Origin: Nannocystis bainbridge
GTDB lineage: Bacteria; Myxococcota_A; Polyangia; Nannocystales; Nannocystaceae
Direction of reading: 5' to 3'
Assembly (NCBI RefSeq): GCF_028368995.1
Contig: NZ_JAQNDL010000003.1
Coordinates: 640,001-704,000 of the forward strand
DNA: 64,000 nt
Part shown: piece after piece, positions 53,795 through 63,112 of the stretch
Numbering within the stretch: position 1 is the stretch's first letter
How the letters are laid out: each line of letters begins with the position of its first letter
Position numbers and translations under genes: made by a program
Notes under the pieces: model-generated
Told to the model about the DNA's origin: nothing
Database searches by the model: none
Seen by the model: only the letters and a program-made list of their open reading frames with translations

Positions 53795-55975
53795 GTGTTC
53801 GAGCGCCCCACTCTCACGGCCCTCGCGTGGCTCGCCGTTTGCGCCGCGCTCGGCCTCGTCGCTGCGGCTCGGGGCAGTGAGGCTCAGGTGTGGGGCCTGA
53901 TCCCCGCAGCCCACAAACCTGTGATCGAGATCGACTTGCGCGTTCGCCTCGACGACGGCGCGCCGGACGAGGCCCTCGAGGCCGCGGTCGCGGCACTGGA
54001 GCCGCTCGCCGGTCGCTGCCCGCTGGCCCCGCCGCCGGCCGAGGCCCGCCGCTGGCTCGACGCCCACGCGCTCTCGCTGCTGCCGCGCGACTATCACGCG
54101 GCGCTCGCCGACCGGCTCGCGCCGGATGCCCTGCGTTCGGCCATCGCCGGGGCCAGGGCTCGGCTCGCCAGTCCGTTCGCCGGGCTCGTCGGTGACGACC
54201 TGCGCCGCGACCCGCTGCGCCTCGCAGAGCTCGCCCCGCAGCTGTCCGGTCGCCTCGGCTTCCTCGCCGACGCCGGCCCCGAGGCGTCGGTCCGCGGCGA
54301 CCTCGTGGCCCCTGACGGGCGCGCCGCTCTCCTCTGCTTCCACACCGGCGGTTCGGCCCACGAGCTGCGCGCCGGTGCGGCCGCGCTCGTGGCCGGGCAC
54401 CCGGTCTCGCTGTCCGTGGTCGGCGCCCCGGCCCGCGACGAAGCGGCCTCGGCCGCCATGGCCGCCGCTCCGCGGGTGCTGACGACGCTGGCCGCCGCGC
54501 TCACCCTGGTCCTCGCGCTCGCGTTCCGCAGCGTGCGCCCGGTGGTCGCCCTGCTGCTGGCGATCCTCGGCCCTGCGGCGCTGCTGGCCGTCCTCGTCGC
54601 GCCGCTCGGCCTGCTCGACCTGCCGCTGCTCGCGCTCGCTGTCGGCATCTCCGCCGCTCCGGCGCGCCCTGACTGGACGACCACCGCTCTCTCTGCCCTC
54701 GCCCTGACCCCACTCCTTCTCACGCCGTACCCGGCCTGGCAGACCTGGGGTCTGGCGTGGGCAGCGGGCCTCGCCGCCGCCGGCCTGGCGCGGCGCCTGG
54801 TCCAGCCCGCGTTGGCCGCCTGGCTCGGCAAGCCGGCGGGCGAGCGGGCCCCGTTCGCCCGCCCCGACCCGCCGCCGCTGCGCCTCGGCCTGGCCCTCGC
54901 GGCCGCGGCCGCGTGCGCGCTGATCCTGTCCTTTGGGGCATGGTCTTCACGACATGTCCGTTTCGACAGCCCGAGCCCGCTGCCGCTGGCCGCCCCCGAG
55001 CTGGCGGCCGCCGAGGCGGCGGTGCGGGCCGAGTTCTTCCGCCCCGAGGACGTCGCGCTGCTCCACAGCCGCGGCGCCGATCCGGAGGAGGCGCTGGCGC
55101 GCGCGGCCGAGGAGCTGCCGGCGCTGCTGTCGTTGGTGCCGACCCGCATCGATCGCGTCGACGCGCCCGGGGCCTTCGTGGTCGCCGAGCCCGAGCTCGA
55201 GGCCCGCCTCGACGGCCTGCTGGCCCTCGACATCCGCGGCCGGCTCGAGCTGCTGCGCACGACGATCGCCGAGTTCGGCATGCGCCCCGACGCGTTCGGC
55301 GAGTTCATCCGCGGCGCCGGCGACGACCTGCGCCAGCCGCCGAGCCCCGAGGCCGCGCTGGCCGGCCCGCTCGGGCCGTGGCTGACCGGCAAGTTCGGCC
55401 CCGACGGCGTCGTCACCCGCGCCTATCTCGCCAGCGAACCGGACGCCCTGCCGGCGGAGCTCGACCTGCGCGGCCCCGGCGTGTTCGCCCGCTCCGAGCA
55501 CGACCGCTTCTCCGCCCGCGCCGGCGCGATCGCGGCCGCCGGCGCGTGGCTGTCGGCGCTGGTCGTGTGGCTGGCGACCCGCCGCCTGGCCCTGGCCCTG
55601 GCCCTGGCCCTGGCCGCGATCGTGGCCCAGTGCGGCCTGCTGATCCTCCTCCACGCGCTGGGCCGCTCGTTCGGCCCGCTGACCCTGCCGGTGTTCCTGC
55701 TGGCCGGCTCCGCCGCGGTGGTCGCCGGCCTACGCGCGGTCCGGGCCCTGGCCGCCGGCCGCCCGTGGATCGACCCCGGCCGCCTCGCCAACGCCCTCGG
55801 CCCGCTCGCCGCCGCCCTGGCCCTGCTGGCCGCCCCCGAGCCGGTCTGGCGCTCGCTCGCGATCGCGGCCGGCCTGGCCGTCCTGTGCGCCCACGGCGTC
55901 GGCGGCCTGCTCGGCCCCCTGCTCTACTCCCTCACCAGCCGCGCCGGCGAACGCTTCTACCGCCGCCGCGCCTGA
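53795..55975 (+). CDS. Divergent MMPL/RND-like lipid exporter
   Basis: L..P...L.RDPL motif and two TM bundles separated by periplasmic regions, as in aryl-polyene/xanthomonadin-type exporters. Confidence 0.6.
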   Translation: MFERPTLTALAWLAVCAALGLVAAARGSEAQVWGLIPAAHKPVIEIDLRVRLDDGAPDEALEAAVAALEPLAGRCPLAPPPAEARRWLDAHALSLLPRDYHAALADRLAPDALRSAIAGARARLASPFAGLVGDDLRRDPLRLAELAPQLSGRLGFLADAGPEASVRGDLVAPDGRAALLCFHTGGSAHELRAGAAALVAGHPVSLSVVGAPARDEAASAAMAAAPRVLTTLAAALTLVLALAFRSVRPVVALLLAILGPAALLAVLVAPLGLLDLPLLALAVGISAAPARPDWTTTALSALALTPLLLTPYPAWQTWGLAWAAGLAAAGLARRLVQPALAAWLGKPAGERAPFARPDPPPLRLGLALAAAAACALILSFGAWSSRHVRFDSPSPLPLAAPELAAAEAAVRAEFFRPEDVALLHSRGADPEEALARAAEELPALLSLVPTRIDRVDAPGAFVVAEPELEARLDGLLALDIRGRLELLRTTIAEFGMRPDAFGEFIRGAGDDLRQPPSPEAALAGPLGPWLTGKFGPDGVVTRAYLASEPDALPAELDLRGPGVFARSEHDRFSARAGAIAAAGAWLSALVVWLATRRLALALALALAAIVAQCGLLILLHALGRSFGPLTLPVFLLAGSAAVVAGLRAVRALAAGRPWIDPGRLANALGPLAAALALLAAPEPVWRSLAIAAGLAVLCAHGVGGLLGPLLYSLTSRAGERFYRRRA

Positions 55976-56007
55976 CACGTCCCGTGCGCCAAGCCCTTGC
56001 TTCAGGC

Positions 56008-56175
56008 GAAATGAACCAAAGGACATGTCCTCCAGCACCTTGCCCATGCGACCTGTCTCCTCGGACATACCCGATTCGCCCGCTCGAGGCCGCTACACGG
56101 CGCTCGGCAGACAACATGAACTTGGGGACATGTCCCCCAGAGCATGGCTCATGAGCCCTGTCCTATCGACCATCC
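56008..56175. repeat. Two 14-bp phased arrays (5 units each)
   Basis: Cores at 56008/56022/56036/56050/56064 and 56113/56127/56141/56155/56169. Confidence 0.85.
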
Positions 56176-56247
56176 TTCCGCCCGTCGCGCCACCCCCCTC
56201 GCGCTCGCGGGTGCTCCCGCCGGTCCTCGCCCCGTCCGCGTGATCGC

Positions 56248-56922
56248 ATGAGCTCGCGCCGCACGTTCCTCTGCCTCGCCGCCGGCGCCCTCGCGCTGAC
56301 CGCCGACCGTGCCGTGGCCCAGGCGCCGGTGGTCGATCGCCAGCTCGCGCGCCGGCTCGAGCTGTGGGCCAAGGCCGCCGCGGGCACGCGCGTGCTGGTG
56401 GCCCGCTACGCGCTGACCCGCCAGTCGACGCTGCTGCAGGAGCCGCTCAAGACGGCCGGCACCCTGCTGGCGCGCGCCCCGGACACCCTGGTCCTGCGCG
56501 ACGACACCCGCGCCGGCGCGACCACTCGCCTGGCGCGCGGCCGGCTCGAGATCCGCCCCAACGACCCCGCCCTGCCGGCGCTGGCCGAGGCCCCGAGCCC
56601 GACCGTCACCTGGCTCTTCGAACACGTCCTGGCGCTGTTCAGCGTCCCCGAGGGCGCGGGCGAGCCGAGCGCCGCGCTGCAGGCCGACGCCCGCCTGACC
56701 GTCCCGCGCGGACCGGGTCACCTGCTGTCGATCACCCCGCGCCGCGACCACCCGGCGCGCCGGGAGATCCGCGACCTCGTGGTCCACCTCGACCCGCACA
56801 CCGGCGACGTCGACCAGCTCGACCTCGTCGAGGCCGGCGGCGACAAGCTCCTCATCACCTTCAGCCAGCGCCGCCGCGACGCGCCCGACGACGAGGTCGC
56901 GGCGCTGCTGCAACCGACATGA
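56248..56922 (+). CDS. LolA-like periplasmic lipid/lipoprotein carrier
   Basis: SRRTFL Tat-like signal; ARY..TRQS.LLQEP...G.L....P..L and L.L.E.GGD...I.F LolA-like pattern. Confidence 0.7.
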   Translation: MSSRRTFLCLAAGALALTADRAVAQAPVVDRQLARRLELWAKAAAGTRVLVARYALTRQSTLLQEPLKTAGTLLARAPDTLVLRDDTRAGATTRLARGRLEIRPNDPALPALAEAPSPTVTWLFEHVLALFSVPEGAGEPSAALQADARLTVPRGPGHLLSITPRRDHPARREIRDLVVHLDPHTGDVDQLDLVEAGGDKLLITFSQRRRDAPDDEVAALLQPT

Positions 56923-57310
56923 TCTTCAGGACAGGTCGAGACGGCGCACCGGCGACCTGGCTTCGAGGACAGGCCACGATTACGACCGACCTGACCTTCC
57001 AGCCGGGTCGCCAGGCCGTCGCGCCACCGCTGCAAGCAACCTGACCTTCCATCCAGGTCATCACCGGCACGCCAGCGACATGACCTTCAGGACAGGTATC
57101 CGCCGCGATCGACCTGACAATCCAGCCAGGCCACCGCTGCAAGCACTCTTCCAGCCAGGTCATCACCGGCGCGCCAGCGACATGACCTTCAGGACAGGTA
57201 TCCGCCGCGATCGGCCTGCCCTTCCTGCCAGGTTATCGCGGCATACCGGCGGCCTGCCACCGCTCTAGTCGACCTCACGGCGCGCCGGTCGACCTGACCT
57301 TCGGGACACA
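56916..57310. repeat. Cluster of about 9 separate 14-bp dyads with internal ~100-bp duplication
   Basis: Pairs at 56916/56930, 56954/56968, 56988/57002, 57038/57052, 57077/57091, 57111/57125, 57179/57193, 57213/57227, 57291/57305. Confidence 0.85.
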
Positions 57311-57631
57311 TCGTGCGCCGCGCCGGTCATGCGCCCTCTCTCGGGCCGCTCCCCCGCCGAACCGCGGTCATCCTCTCGCCGCTCCGGCGTGCATCGGGCG
57401 GGCGCGGCGAGATCTCGAAAGGGCGGCCACGGCGGCCGGCGCCCTCGTCTGCCACCACCGACAGGATCCGCGGGAAGACCCGCTCACGGCCTCGGGATTC
57501 GCCTCGCCGCGGGTGCGGCTGGCTCACGCGACCGCGGCTGCTTCGCCGCGGCCGCAGCGGACAAGCCTCACGGCGGCGCGCTCGCGCCATGCGGGCGCGG
57601 GCCGGGCCGCCTGCGAACAGCGTCCTCGCGC

Positions 57632-57865
57632 TCAGCTCTGCCCGGGACCGAGCGCCTTCGGGCCGGAGCCGCGCATCCACAGGTAACCCACCCCGCCGAG
57701 CAGCAAGATGGGCCAGAACGCCAGCGCTGCGTAGGCCACGGCGGCCGAGCTCACGCCGGTCAGGGCTGCGGCGCCTGCTGCGGCGCCAGGGGTCGCCTTG
57801 CGCTGCTTGCGGTAGGCGTAAGTGGCGCCGGCGGTGCCGCAGCCGATGAGAAGCGCGAGAAGCAT
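57632..57865 (-). CDS. Small two-TM membrane protein
   Basis: GGAGG RBS and upstream TATACT; hydrophobic 77-aa ORF. Confidence 0.7.
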   Translation of the reverse strand: MLLALLIGCGTAGATYAYRKQRKATPGAAAGAAALTGVSSAAVAYAALAFWPILLLGGVGYLWMRGSGPKALGPGQS

Positions 57866-57967
57866 GAGCAGAGGCCTCCGGAAAAAGCGGTGTGTCGCAG
57901 TATAGTGCTTTTACGAGGCGGGGCGAGCGGACTGGACGCCGGGCGGACGGCGGCTGATACTTCGCCC

Positions 57968-59926
57968 GTGGCAGACGACCGGAAGAGCATCAGCGCCCGC
58001 GATTCGCGGCCGAGGGCTGCGGGCCCGGGCCCCGCGGGCGGACCGCAGCAGGACCGCCAGAGGCGAGAGCGCGGCCGAGGCCCGCGTGAGGGTGGCGAGT
58101 CGGCGGGTGGCAGCGAGGCTGGAGCCGACGCTCGCCCGCCGCGCGAGGGTGTGGCTGACGCCCGCCCGCCGCGCGAGGGTGGAGCCGACGCTCGCCCGCC
58201 GCGCGAGGGTGCGGCCGACGCTCGCCCGCCGCGCGACGGCGACCGTGGCGACCGGCGCCCGGGCGACGGCCCGCGTGGCGACCGGCCGCGGCGCGACGAC
58301 GGCCCGCGCGGCGATCGGCGCGACGACCGACGCGACGACCGACGCGGCGGTCCGCCCCCGCGCCGCGACTCCTCCTCCTCCCCGCTGACCGCCTCGCTGT
58401 TCAGCGCCGTCCAGGACAAAGAGATGCCGTGCCGGATCGCCGGCTGCGAGAACACCTGGACCTGGTTCGCCGCCCAGCAGATCCGCGGCTTCGGCCAGCG
58501 CCCGCCCGATCGCATGTGCGATCATCACCTGACCCAGTTCAGCGAGCTGTCCGACCGCGAGGTCCACTGCCGCACCCCTGGCTGCCCCAACACCTGGCTG
58601 TGGAAGCGCGGGGCTCAGCTGGCCGAGCTGCAGCGCCACGGGCGGCTGAAGAAGCCGGCCCGGCTGTGCAACGAGTGCGTCGCCGCCGAGCGCGAGACCG
58701 GCGACGCCGAGATGCCCTGCAAGGTCGAGGGTTGTCGGCGCAGCTGGATCTGGACGCGTGACGCCCAGCTGCGCCACCGCCTGTGGGTCCTGCGTCAGCG
58801 GGCCCGCGCCCGCGCCGTCGAGGCCCGCCACGAGTCGGCCGCCGCGGCCGAGGTCGAGGCGACCGCCGACGCGCCTGTCCCTTCGGACCTGTCCTCCGAG
58901 ACACCCGTCGAGGTCGGCACGCCTGTCCTCGAGGCCATGTCCCCGGCGACCGACGAGGCCGCGCCCGCGGGCGGCGAGGCGCACGAGGTCGGCGACAGCA
59001 AGGCCGGGCCGGGCAAGAAGCGCCGGCGCCGGCGCAAGCAGCACGTGCGCGCCGAGCCGGACCCCGAGGGTCCGCCGCAGCGCATGTGTGGCCTATGCGC
59101 GCAGAAGCTCGGGCGCCTGGTCCCGCGCGAGGTCCCGTGCAAGGTGCACGGCTGCGTGCGCACCTGGACGTGGGACCGCGCCGGCCAGCTGCGCGCGTGG
59201 GTGCTGTCGGGCAGCGACGACGTCGAGTTCGAGCCGGCGGCGCCGAAGCGCATGTGCGAGGCCTGCCGCGAGTTCTGCCGCAAGCACCCCGACCGCGAGA
59301 TCCACTGCGGCCGGCCCGGCTGCCCGTCGGTGTGGATGTACAAGACCGGCGCCCAGCTGCAGGCCTTCCTGGCCGGGCGGCTGCAGGACCCGCTCAAGCT
59401 GTGCGACGAGTGCGCCAAGGGCGAGTTCGCCAAGACGATCGAGGAGGCCGGCCTGCCCGAGGGCGCCGAGATCATGCCGTGCGTGGTCCCGGCGTGCGAC
59501 GGCAACTGGGTCTACATGCCGGGCCAGAAGCTGATGCACGTGCCCGACGGCGAGCTGGCGCCCGACCGCATGTGCCTCAAGTGCAAGCGTGAGCGCGGCC
59601 TGGCTCCCCCCGAGGAGATCGTCGGCGAACCCATCGGCGAGCTCGAGGTCTCGCCGGAGGACACCGAGGCGTCTGACGACGAGAGCGACGCCGACGAGCT
59701 GCTGGCCGACGATCCGGAGCCCGCGCACGACGACGGCGCTCACGACGCCGCCGATGACGCCGCTCACGACGACGCCGCTCACGACGCCGCCGATGACGCC
59801 GCTCACGACGACGCCGCTCACGACGCCGCCGATGACGCCGCTCACGACGACGCCGCCGCCGCCGACGACGAGCCGCAGACGGACGAAGAGCCGGCCGCGG
59901 ACGACGAGACCGCGACTTCGGATTGA
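57968..59926 (+). CDS. Tandem zinc-ribbon repeat protein (6 x Cx4C..WxW..Q..PxRxCxxC) with R/D-rich N-terminus and acidic HDDAA tail
   Basis: Repeat visible in translation; 30-bp repeats at 58124-58240 and 39-bp repeats at 59726-59860. Confidence 0.8.
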   Translation: MADDRKSISARDSRPRAAGPGPAGGPQQDRQRRERGRGPREGGESAGGSEAGADARPPREGVADARPPREGGADARPPREGAADARPPRDGDRGDRRPGDGPRGDRPRRDDGPRGDRRDDRRDDRRGGPPPRRDSSSSPLTASLFSAVQDKEMPCRIAGCENTWTWFAAQQIRGFGQRPPDRMCDHHLTQFSELSDREVHCRTPGCPNTWLWKRGAQLAELQRHGRLKKPARLCNECVAAERETGDAEMPCKVEGCRRSWIWTRDAQLRHRLWVLRQRARARAVEARHESAAAAEVEATADAPVPSDLSSETPVEVGTPVLEAMSPATDEAAPAGGEAHEVGDSKAGPGKKRRRRRKQHVRAEPDPEGPPQRMCGLCAQKLGRLVPREVPCKVHGCVRTWTWDRAGQLRAWVLSGSDDVEFEPAAPKRMCEACREFCRKHPDREIHCGRPGCPSVWMYKTGAQLQAFLAGRLQDPLKLCDECAKGEFAKTIEEAGLPEGAEIMPCVVPACDGNWVYMPGQKLMHVPDGELAPDRMCLKCKRERGLAPPEEIVGEPIGELEVSPEDTEASDDESDADELLADDPEPAHDDGAHDAADDAAHDDAAHDAADDAAHDDAAHDAADDAAHDDAAAADDEPQTDEEPAADDETATSD

Positions 59927-60116
59927 CGGGGCCGAGCGTCGCGTGCGAGCCTCCGCGGGCGCACGCGACGCTGCTCTCTCGACCGCGTCCTCCCGCTCTC
60001 GGACCTCCGGGTCCGCCTCACGCACCAGCGACTCCGACCGCTCCCGCGTGCGCGACCTCTCCGACCGGACCTCGAGCCTCGCGCCCGGGTCCGGTCCTCC
60101 TGCCCGCCGCTTCGGG

Positions 60117-60210
60117 CACCTGTCTCTCGGCACAGGGCCGAACGAACAGGCCCCTTCGTACAGGTCCTCTCGCACAGGAACTTCGAGACAGGTCCCTTCG
60201 GCCATGGCCG
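60117..60210. repeat. 14-bp phased array, 7 units (mostly CAGG orientation) ending on a start codon
   Basis: Cores at 60117, 60131, 60145, 60159, 60173, 60187, 60201. Confidence 0.9.
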
Positions 60211-60887
60211 CCAACCCGCTCCCGCGCTCCTTCGCCCTGGCCGAGACCCGCCGCCGCTACGAGGTCACCCCGCGGACCCTCGACGACGAGCTGCTGCGGA
60301 TGGCCCGCGGCGACCGCGGCTGCCTCGGTGACGCCGTCTCGGGCTTCGGCGCGGTCGGCGTCCTGCTCACGGCCGTGCTCGCGTACATGGGCTTCCTCGG
60401 GGCCGGCTTCATGGTGGTGTTCGCCGGCCTGATGATCGGCGGCTTCGTCCTCAGCTCGGCCGCCCAGGCCCGCAGCGGCCCGGCCCGCTACAAGGCGCTG
60501 ACCGAGGGCCCGCTGGCGCTCGGCCGCGTGCTGCGGGCCGACCCGGCCCTGTTCGAGCCCGGCGACGTGCCCTACCCCGCGCTGGTGGTGTTCGCCGTCG
60601 ACGCCCCGCACCGGTTCGACGCCGACTATCTCCACGGCGTCGCCGCGGCGCTGCAGGCCCTGCGCGACGGCGGCGATGCGCCCGCGGAGCAGGCCGAGGT
60701 CGCGGCGATGCTGCGCGACCCCAACCGGATCGCCCCGCTGCGCCTGCCGCCCGCGCTCGCCGGCGCCGGCGATGCCTGGCTCGGCGTCATCAGCGTCGAC
60801 CCGCGCCGCCTGCCCGCGCGCCGCATCGAGGACCACCTGGTCCCGGTGATCGCCGCGCCCGGCCTCGCGTTCGTCGAGCACGTGTGA
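60204..60887 (+). CDS. Hypothetical membrane protein (2 TM)
   Basis: MAANPLPR start, two TM helices, GC3 bias. Confidence 0.7.
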   Translation: MAANPLPRSFALAETRRRYEVTPRTLDDELLRMARGDRGCLGDAVSGFGAVGVLLTAVLAYMGFLGAGFMVVFAGLMIGGFVLSSAAQARSGPARYKALTEGPLALGRVLRADPALFEPGDVPYPALVVFAVDAPHRFDADYLHGVAAALQALRDGGDAPAEQAEVAAMLRDPNRIAPLRLPPALAGAGDAWLGVISVDPRRLPARRIEDHLVPVIAAPGLAFVEHV

Positions 60888-61115
60888 GCCCGCCGCGTCG
60901 AGGACCACCGGGTCCCGGTGATCGCCGCGCCCGGCCTCGCGTTCGTCGAGCACGTGTGAGCCCGCCGCGTCGAGGACCACCGGGTCCCGGTGATCGCCGC
61001 GCCCGGCCTCGCGTTCGTCGAGCACGTGTGAGCCCGCCGCGTCGAGGACCACCGGGTCCCGGTGATCGCCGCGCCCGGCCTCGCGTTCGTCGAGCACGTG
61101 TGAGCCCGCCGCGTC
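60827..61115. repeat. Near-perfect tandem repeat, 4 x 72 bp, duplicating the 3' end and stop codon of the upstream gene
   Basis: Units start at 60827, 60899, 60971, 61043. Confidence 0.95.
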
Positions 61116-61276
61116 CGTCGAGCGCAGGCCAGCGATGGGCCAGCGGCGGTGGCTGCCTGTCTCTCCGGACAGGTCCATGAGCCGCGGCTCCGCGCGCTGG
61201 CGCGCGGCCGGCCTCGACAACCGCGCGAGCGCCAGGGTATGACCGGGCGGGGCGAGGTCGCTCGCCGAGGAGCCCG

Positions 61277-62797
61277 ATGAAGCAGCCTGTCCGAATCGCC
61301 CTGTCTGTTGCGCTCTGTCTCTTGGGACATGGCTGCAAGGCCAGCTCCCCCTCGACCGAGCCCGAGCCCGCCGCCGCCGCGCCCGAGCCCGCGCCCGCGC
61401 CCGCTCCGGCGGCCAGCGGTCCGGAGGTGTGGGTCGGCGCGGTCGAGCTGCCCGGCGACGCCAAGCTGCGGTTCATCGCCCGCCTCGACCCGCCGCGACC
61501 CGACGACCCCGAGGCGGCGTGGAGCGGCCGGCTCGACATCCCGGCCCAGAGCATCAAGGACTTCCCGCTGCAGGACGTGCGCGTCGCCGCCGACGGCGTC
61601 GATTTCGTGCTCGCCCCGCCCGGCGCGCCCGAGAACCAGTGGGCCATCTTCAGCTTCGACCGCGAGGCCGGGGCCGACGACGTCAAGGGCAGCCTGAGCC
61701 AGGCCGGTCAGAGCCTGCCGGCCACCGCGCGCAAGCTGAAGCCGGGCGAGCCGACCGACGTCGCGCCGAAGCGGCCGCAAGAGCCGAAGCCGCCGTTCCC
61801 GTACGCGACCCGCGAGGCCGCGTTCGTCAGCGCCGCCAAGGACAAGGTCGCCCTGGCCGGCAGCTTCACCCTGCCCGAAGGGACAGGTCCGTTCCCGGCC
61901 GTGGTCCTGCTGACCGGCTCCGGCCCGCAGGACCGCGACGAGTCGCTGATGGGCCACCGCCCGTTCCTCGTGCTCGCCGATCACCTGACCCGCGCCGGTT
62001 TCGCGGTGCTGCGCTTCGACGACCGCGGCGTCGGCGGCTCGAAGGGCGACCTCGACAAGGCGACCCAGCTCGACCTCGTCGGCGACGCCCGCGGCGCGCT
62101 CGACTGGCTGGGCCAGCAGCCCGAGGTCGACAAGACCAAGCTCGGACTCATCGGTCACAGCGAGGGGGCGATGATCGCCGCCCGCACCGGCGCCGCCGAC
62201 AAGCGCGTCGGCGCGGTCGTGATGCTGGCCGGGCCCGGCGTGACCGGCAAGGAGATCCTGGTCCAGCAGATGATCGCCCTGGCCCGCGCGCGCGGGCTGG
62301 CCCAGGCCGACATCGACGCCCAGGTGGCGCTGCAGAAGCAATTGCTCGACGGCCTGGTCGCCAAGAAGAAGCGCGCCGACCTCGAGCCGATCCTGCGCAA
62401 GCTGGTGGCCCTGCAGACGGGCGGCGCGACGCCGGAGCAGCTCGACGCGCTGGTCGGCGCGTCGCTGGCGTCGCTCGACACGCCGTGGTTCCACGATTTC
62501 CTCAAGGCCGACCCACGCACCGACCTGCGCAAGCTGAAGAAGACGCCCGTGCTGGCGCTGATCGGCGCGCTCGACCTGCAGGTGCCGGCCGACGGCAACC
62601 TCCCCGAGCTCGAGCAGGCGCTGGCCAAGGCCGGCAACAAGGACGCGACCGTCAAGTCGCTGCCCGGCCTCAACCACCTGTTCCAGCACGCCAAGACCGG
62701 CTCGCCCGGCGAGTACGGCGAGATCGAAGAGACGATGGCCCCCGAGCTGCTCGGTGAGGTCTCGAGCTGGCTGCGCACGCGCTGGCCCGCGCCCTGA
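61277..62797 (+). CDS. Alpha/beta hydrolase lipoprotein (S9/S15-like)
   Basis: GSGPQDRDE, RFDDRGVG.S, GHSEG nucleophile elbow, DLQV, LNHLFQ; GAGGAG RBS. Confidence 0.92.
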   Translation: MKQPVRIALSVALCLLGHGCKASSPSTEPEPAAAAPEPAPAPAPAASGPEVWVGAVELPGDAKLRFIARLDPPRPDDPEAAWSGRLDIPAQSIKDFPLQDVRVAADGVDFVLAPPGAPENQWAIFSFDREAGADDVKGSLSQAGQSLPATARKLKPGEPTDVAPKRPQEPKPPFPYATREAAFVSAAKDKVALAGSFTLPEGTGPFPAVVLLTGSGPQDRDESLMGHRPFLVLADHLTRAGFAVLRFDDRGVGGSKGDLDKATQLDLVGDARGALDWLGQQPEVDKTKLGLIGHSEGAMIAARTGAADKRVGAVVMLAGPGVTGKEILVQQMIALARARGLAQADIDAQVALQKQLLDGLVAKKKRADLEPILRKLVALQTGGATPEQLDALVGASLASLDTPWFHDFLKADPRTDLRKLKKTPVLALIGALDLQVPADGNLPELEQALAKAGNKDATVKSLPGLNHLFQHAKTGSPGEYGEIEETMAPELLGEVSSWLRTRWPAP

Positions 62798-62970
62798 CGC
62801 GGTAGAGCGCCTCGCGGCCGAGCAGCCGCGGAGACAAGACGGCCTTGTCGAAGTGTCCTCGAGGACATATCGATAAGGCTGTTGTTTTAGATGCACGCCC
62901 ATGGCCACATGGTCCACCTGTGGCTATGGGTGCGCATGGGTCCTGTCTCCGCCGGCACGCGCATGTCAGT

Positions 62971-62988
62971 TTGACAGGAACCTGTCAA
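62971..62988. promoter_or_regulatory. Perfect palindrome TTGACAGG-AA-CCTGTCAA, candidate MarR operator overlapping a TTGACA -35
   Basis: Inverted repeat upstream of the MarR gene; imperfect second copy at 63077-63094. Confidence 0.65.
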
Positions 62989-63112
62989 TCTCTCGCGCCC
63001 ATGGCCACGGGTGCGTATGGGTCCGCGTACCTCGCTGTCTCGTCGCCACGAACATCTCCATGGCGCCGAATTCAATTTGACAGGTACCTGCCCATCGCGC
63101 AGAGTCGCCGGC

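Noticed and set aside
60827-61115. Possible CRISPR array (72-bp period)
   Set aside because: No variable spacers; the unit is a copy of the upstream gene's 3' end.
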